From Trichosphaerium sp. ATCC 40318 (taxonomy: Eukaryota; Protista; Tubulinea), in the NCBI GenBank assembly GCA_038496445.1, contig JALMLS010000147.1:1-39277 (forward strand): a DNA stretch of 39,277 nucleotides. The letters run 5' to 3'. Within the stretch, counting starts at the first letter, position 1. Each line of letters starts with the position of its first letter. The notes beneath the pieces are model-generated. The model had not been told where the DNA came from. It saw nothing but the letters and a program-made list of their open reading frames with translations, and made no database searches. The position numbers and the translations under genes are program-made. Below, one piece after another: positions 37,649 to 39,277 of the stretch.

Positions 37649-39277
37649 TTATTCTTTAGGCTCTTGTTTTTTTTTTTCCCATAAATTATCTCACTCTATT
37701 TCTTTTTTTTTTCTTCAAACCTCGTCAAACTCAGCCTCTGGCTTTTCTTCTATTTTAACTTTTCTTTGAGATACTTCATCAAAATAAGCAGCTCATCTTG
37801 TTCGCAACCTTGTTATAAAGTTATTACTCTTACCTCCTAAATTTTCTTCATTTAATTCTCTTAATGCTTCAGCTTCTATGGTAAGTTGATGATAAAAATC
37901 CTCTTTTCATGGATAATAAGTATCTTCTTTAAAATCATTGAATTTTATTACCATATCTTCATAAAAATTATCTCATAACTCTTTTATAGGTTCTACTATA
38001 ACATCTTTAAAAAAACTCCACTTAGACGGTGTTTTTTTAAAGACTCAAATAAAAAAATTACCTCGTTTTTTATTTCATTTTTTAATATAAAAATCATTAC
38101 CAAATAAGGTATTTATCTTATTTCTTTTTAATGTTCAATTAATATTTTTTTTTTGAAATTTTTTTTTTTTTTTAATCTTTTGCCCAAATCTCTTCAAATA
38201 ATTTCTAAACTTTTCTCATTTTTTTTACTTAGATTATTAGAGCTTCTTAACTTTTTATTTTCATCAATTTCCGGAAACATTTTATATTCAATTTCAGATA
38301 TACCTTCTCTATATCTTAAATCTATATTAAAAACCCTTCTATATAAACGTCTTTCTAATTCTTGCTGATCTCTTCTTAAATGAAAAAATAAATCAAACAT
38401 TTTCCATAATGCATTACAAATTTTATTTTACTTTCTTTCTTATAACTTAAACCTAATAAATAAAATTTTTTAAGCATCAATTTCTGAATTTTATATTCAA
38501 AATAATCCAAAACTAGCAACTCATAATTATTTAAAGTATAAATATCTTTTTTAAAATTCATTATATCTCTAAATTTTCTTTTTTTATTATTAATGTATTT
38601 AAAATTTTTCATAAAATATAAAGATCTTTAGTTAGAATTTTTTGCGTTTTTTTTTCTAATTTTCTTGCTATAGCTTTCCTTTTTTCTTCATATGTCTCAT
38701 CTAAAATATCTATATTGTTTTCTTTTATTCATTCTTTTTCATATTTTTTTAATATTATCATTTGCTCCTTGTTTTTTTTTTCTTCTATTTCTTTAATAAA
38801 AAATTTAGGTGACGTCACCTCGCTTCATATTTCTCTGCTTTTCTTTTATATAATTTTATATTATTTATTTTTGAATTTCTAAATTTTTACTATGGAATCA
38901 CCCAAAAATTAAATAAATCAGGTATTTCTTTAAAAAATAAATCTGTCGATCTAATCAATTTTGTCTCTTTTTTTATTTTTTCTATATAAATTTTATATTT
39001 TTGATCTTCTTTTAAATTTTTAAATTCTTTTTTATTTAAAATTTGATTCTTTTTTTAAGAATACAACTCTCATCAATAACTTAATCTATTTATTTTTTAT
39101 ATTTTTTTTTTTTTACCTTTTCAAAATCGATTTAAATTTAATTTTTCTCTAGCATATACTACACGATGATATGGAAAATTCATAAGTTATTTCTATAATA
39201 ATAAGAATATACCACACTATAATCTCCCAATAACCTTAAACTATATAAACCAAACACATTAGCATCATCGGTTGTTC
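37649..39277 (-). CDS. ~622-aa ORF, copy 5 (runs off the window end)
   Basis: Reverse complement of ~24071-25696, noisier toward the edge. Confidence 0.7.

Larger units (their letters stand above)
24071..39277. repeat. Giant inverted repeat 2: ~6-kb arms (~24071-30075 and ~33263-39277) with a ~3.2-kb spacer
   Basis: Mirrored ORF pairs have a coordinate sum of 63345. The arm ends near the spacer are degraded. Confidence 0.95.

Noticed and set aside
776-38368. Short antisense ORFs in the track (e.g. 776-964, 14870-15085, 16980-17222, 17265-17486, 29062-29355, 33990-34283)
   Set aside because: They are shadows on the opposite strand of longer code-4 coding regions.
1-39277. tRNA, rRNA, guide RNA or editing-enzyme genes
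   Set aside because: No cloverleaf or conserved rRNA motifs recognised, no short antisense copy carrying the missing bases seen, and no polymerase or nucleotidyltransferase motif recognised in the unknown ORFs. Edited RNA genes could be missed by eye.

Overview
Very AT-rich organellar-type DNA, most consistent with a protist mitochondrial genome that uses TGA as Trp (code 4). The supplied standard-code ORF track therefore fragments the real genes. The window holds only about 14 kb of unique sequence. One block (large unknown ORF - hairpin cluster - nad2 - nad4 - ORF340) recurs five times: + at 1-~5750, + at ~6711-11122, - within 11123-19956, + within 20105-~30075 and - at ~33263-39277. These form two multi-kb inverted repeats, and the noisy junctions suggest amplification or assembly chimerism. 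Main finding: nad2, nad4 and nad5 are cryptogenes. Their conserved motifs are recognisable, but one nucleotide is missing roughly every 30-35 nt, and the nad2/nad4 sites I compared are the same in the repeated copies. At diagnostic codons (invariant Gly) the missing base must be G. Neighbouring ORFs of 0.8-1.9 kb have no such frameshifts. This points to a dense, G-dominated insertional RNA editing (or -1 recoding) system, which also appears to act on unidentified genes. The region also has many unrelated perfect palindromes of 39-196 bp, three of which sit in frame inside open ORFs. All calls come from manual reading; no searches were run.
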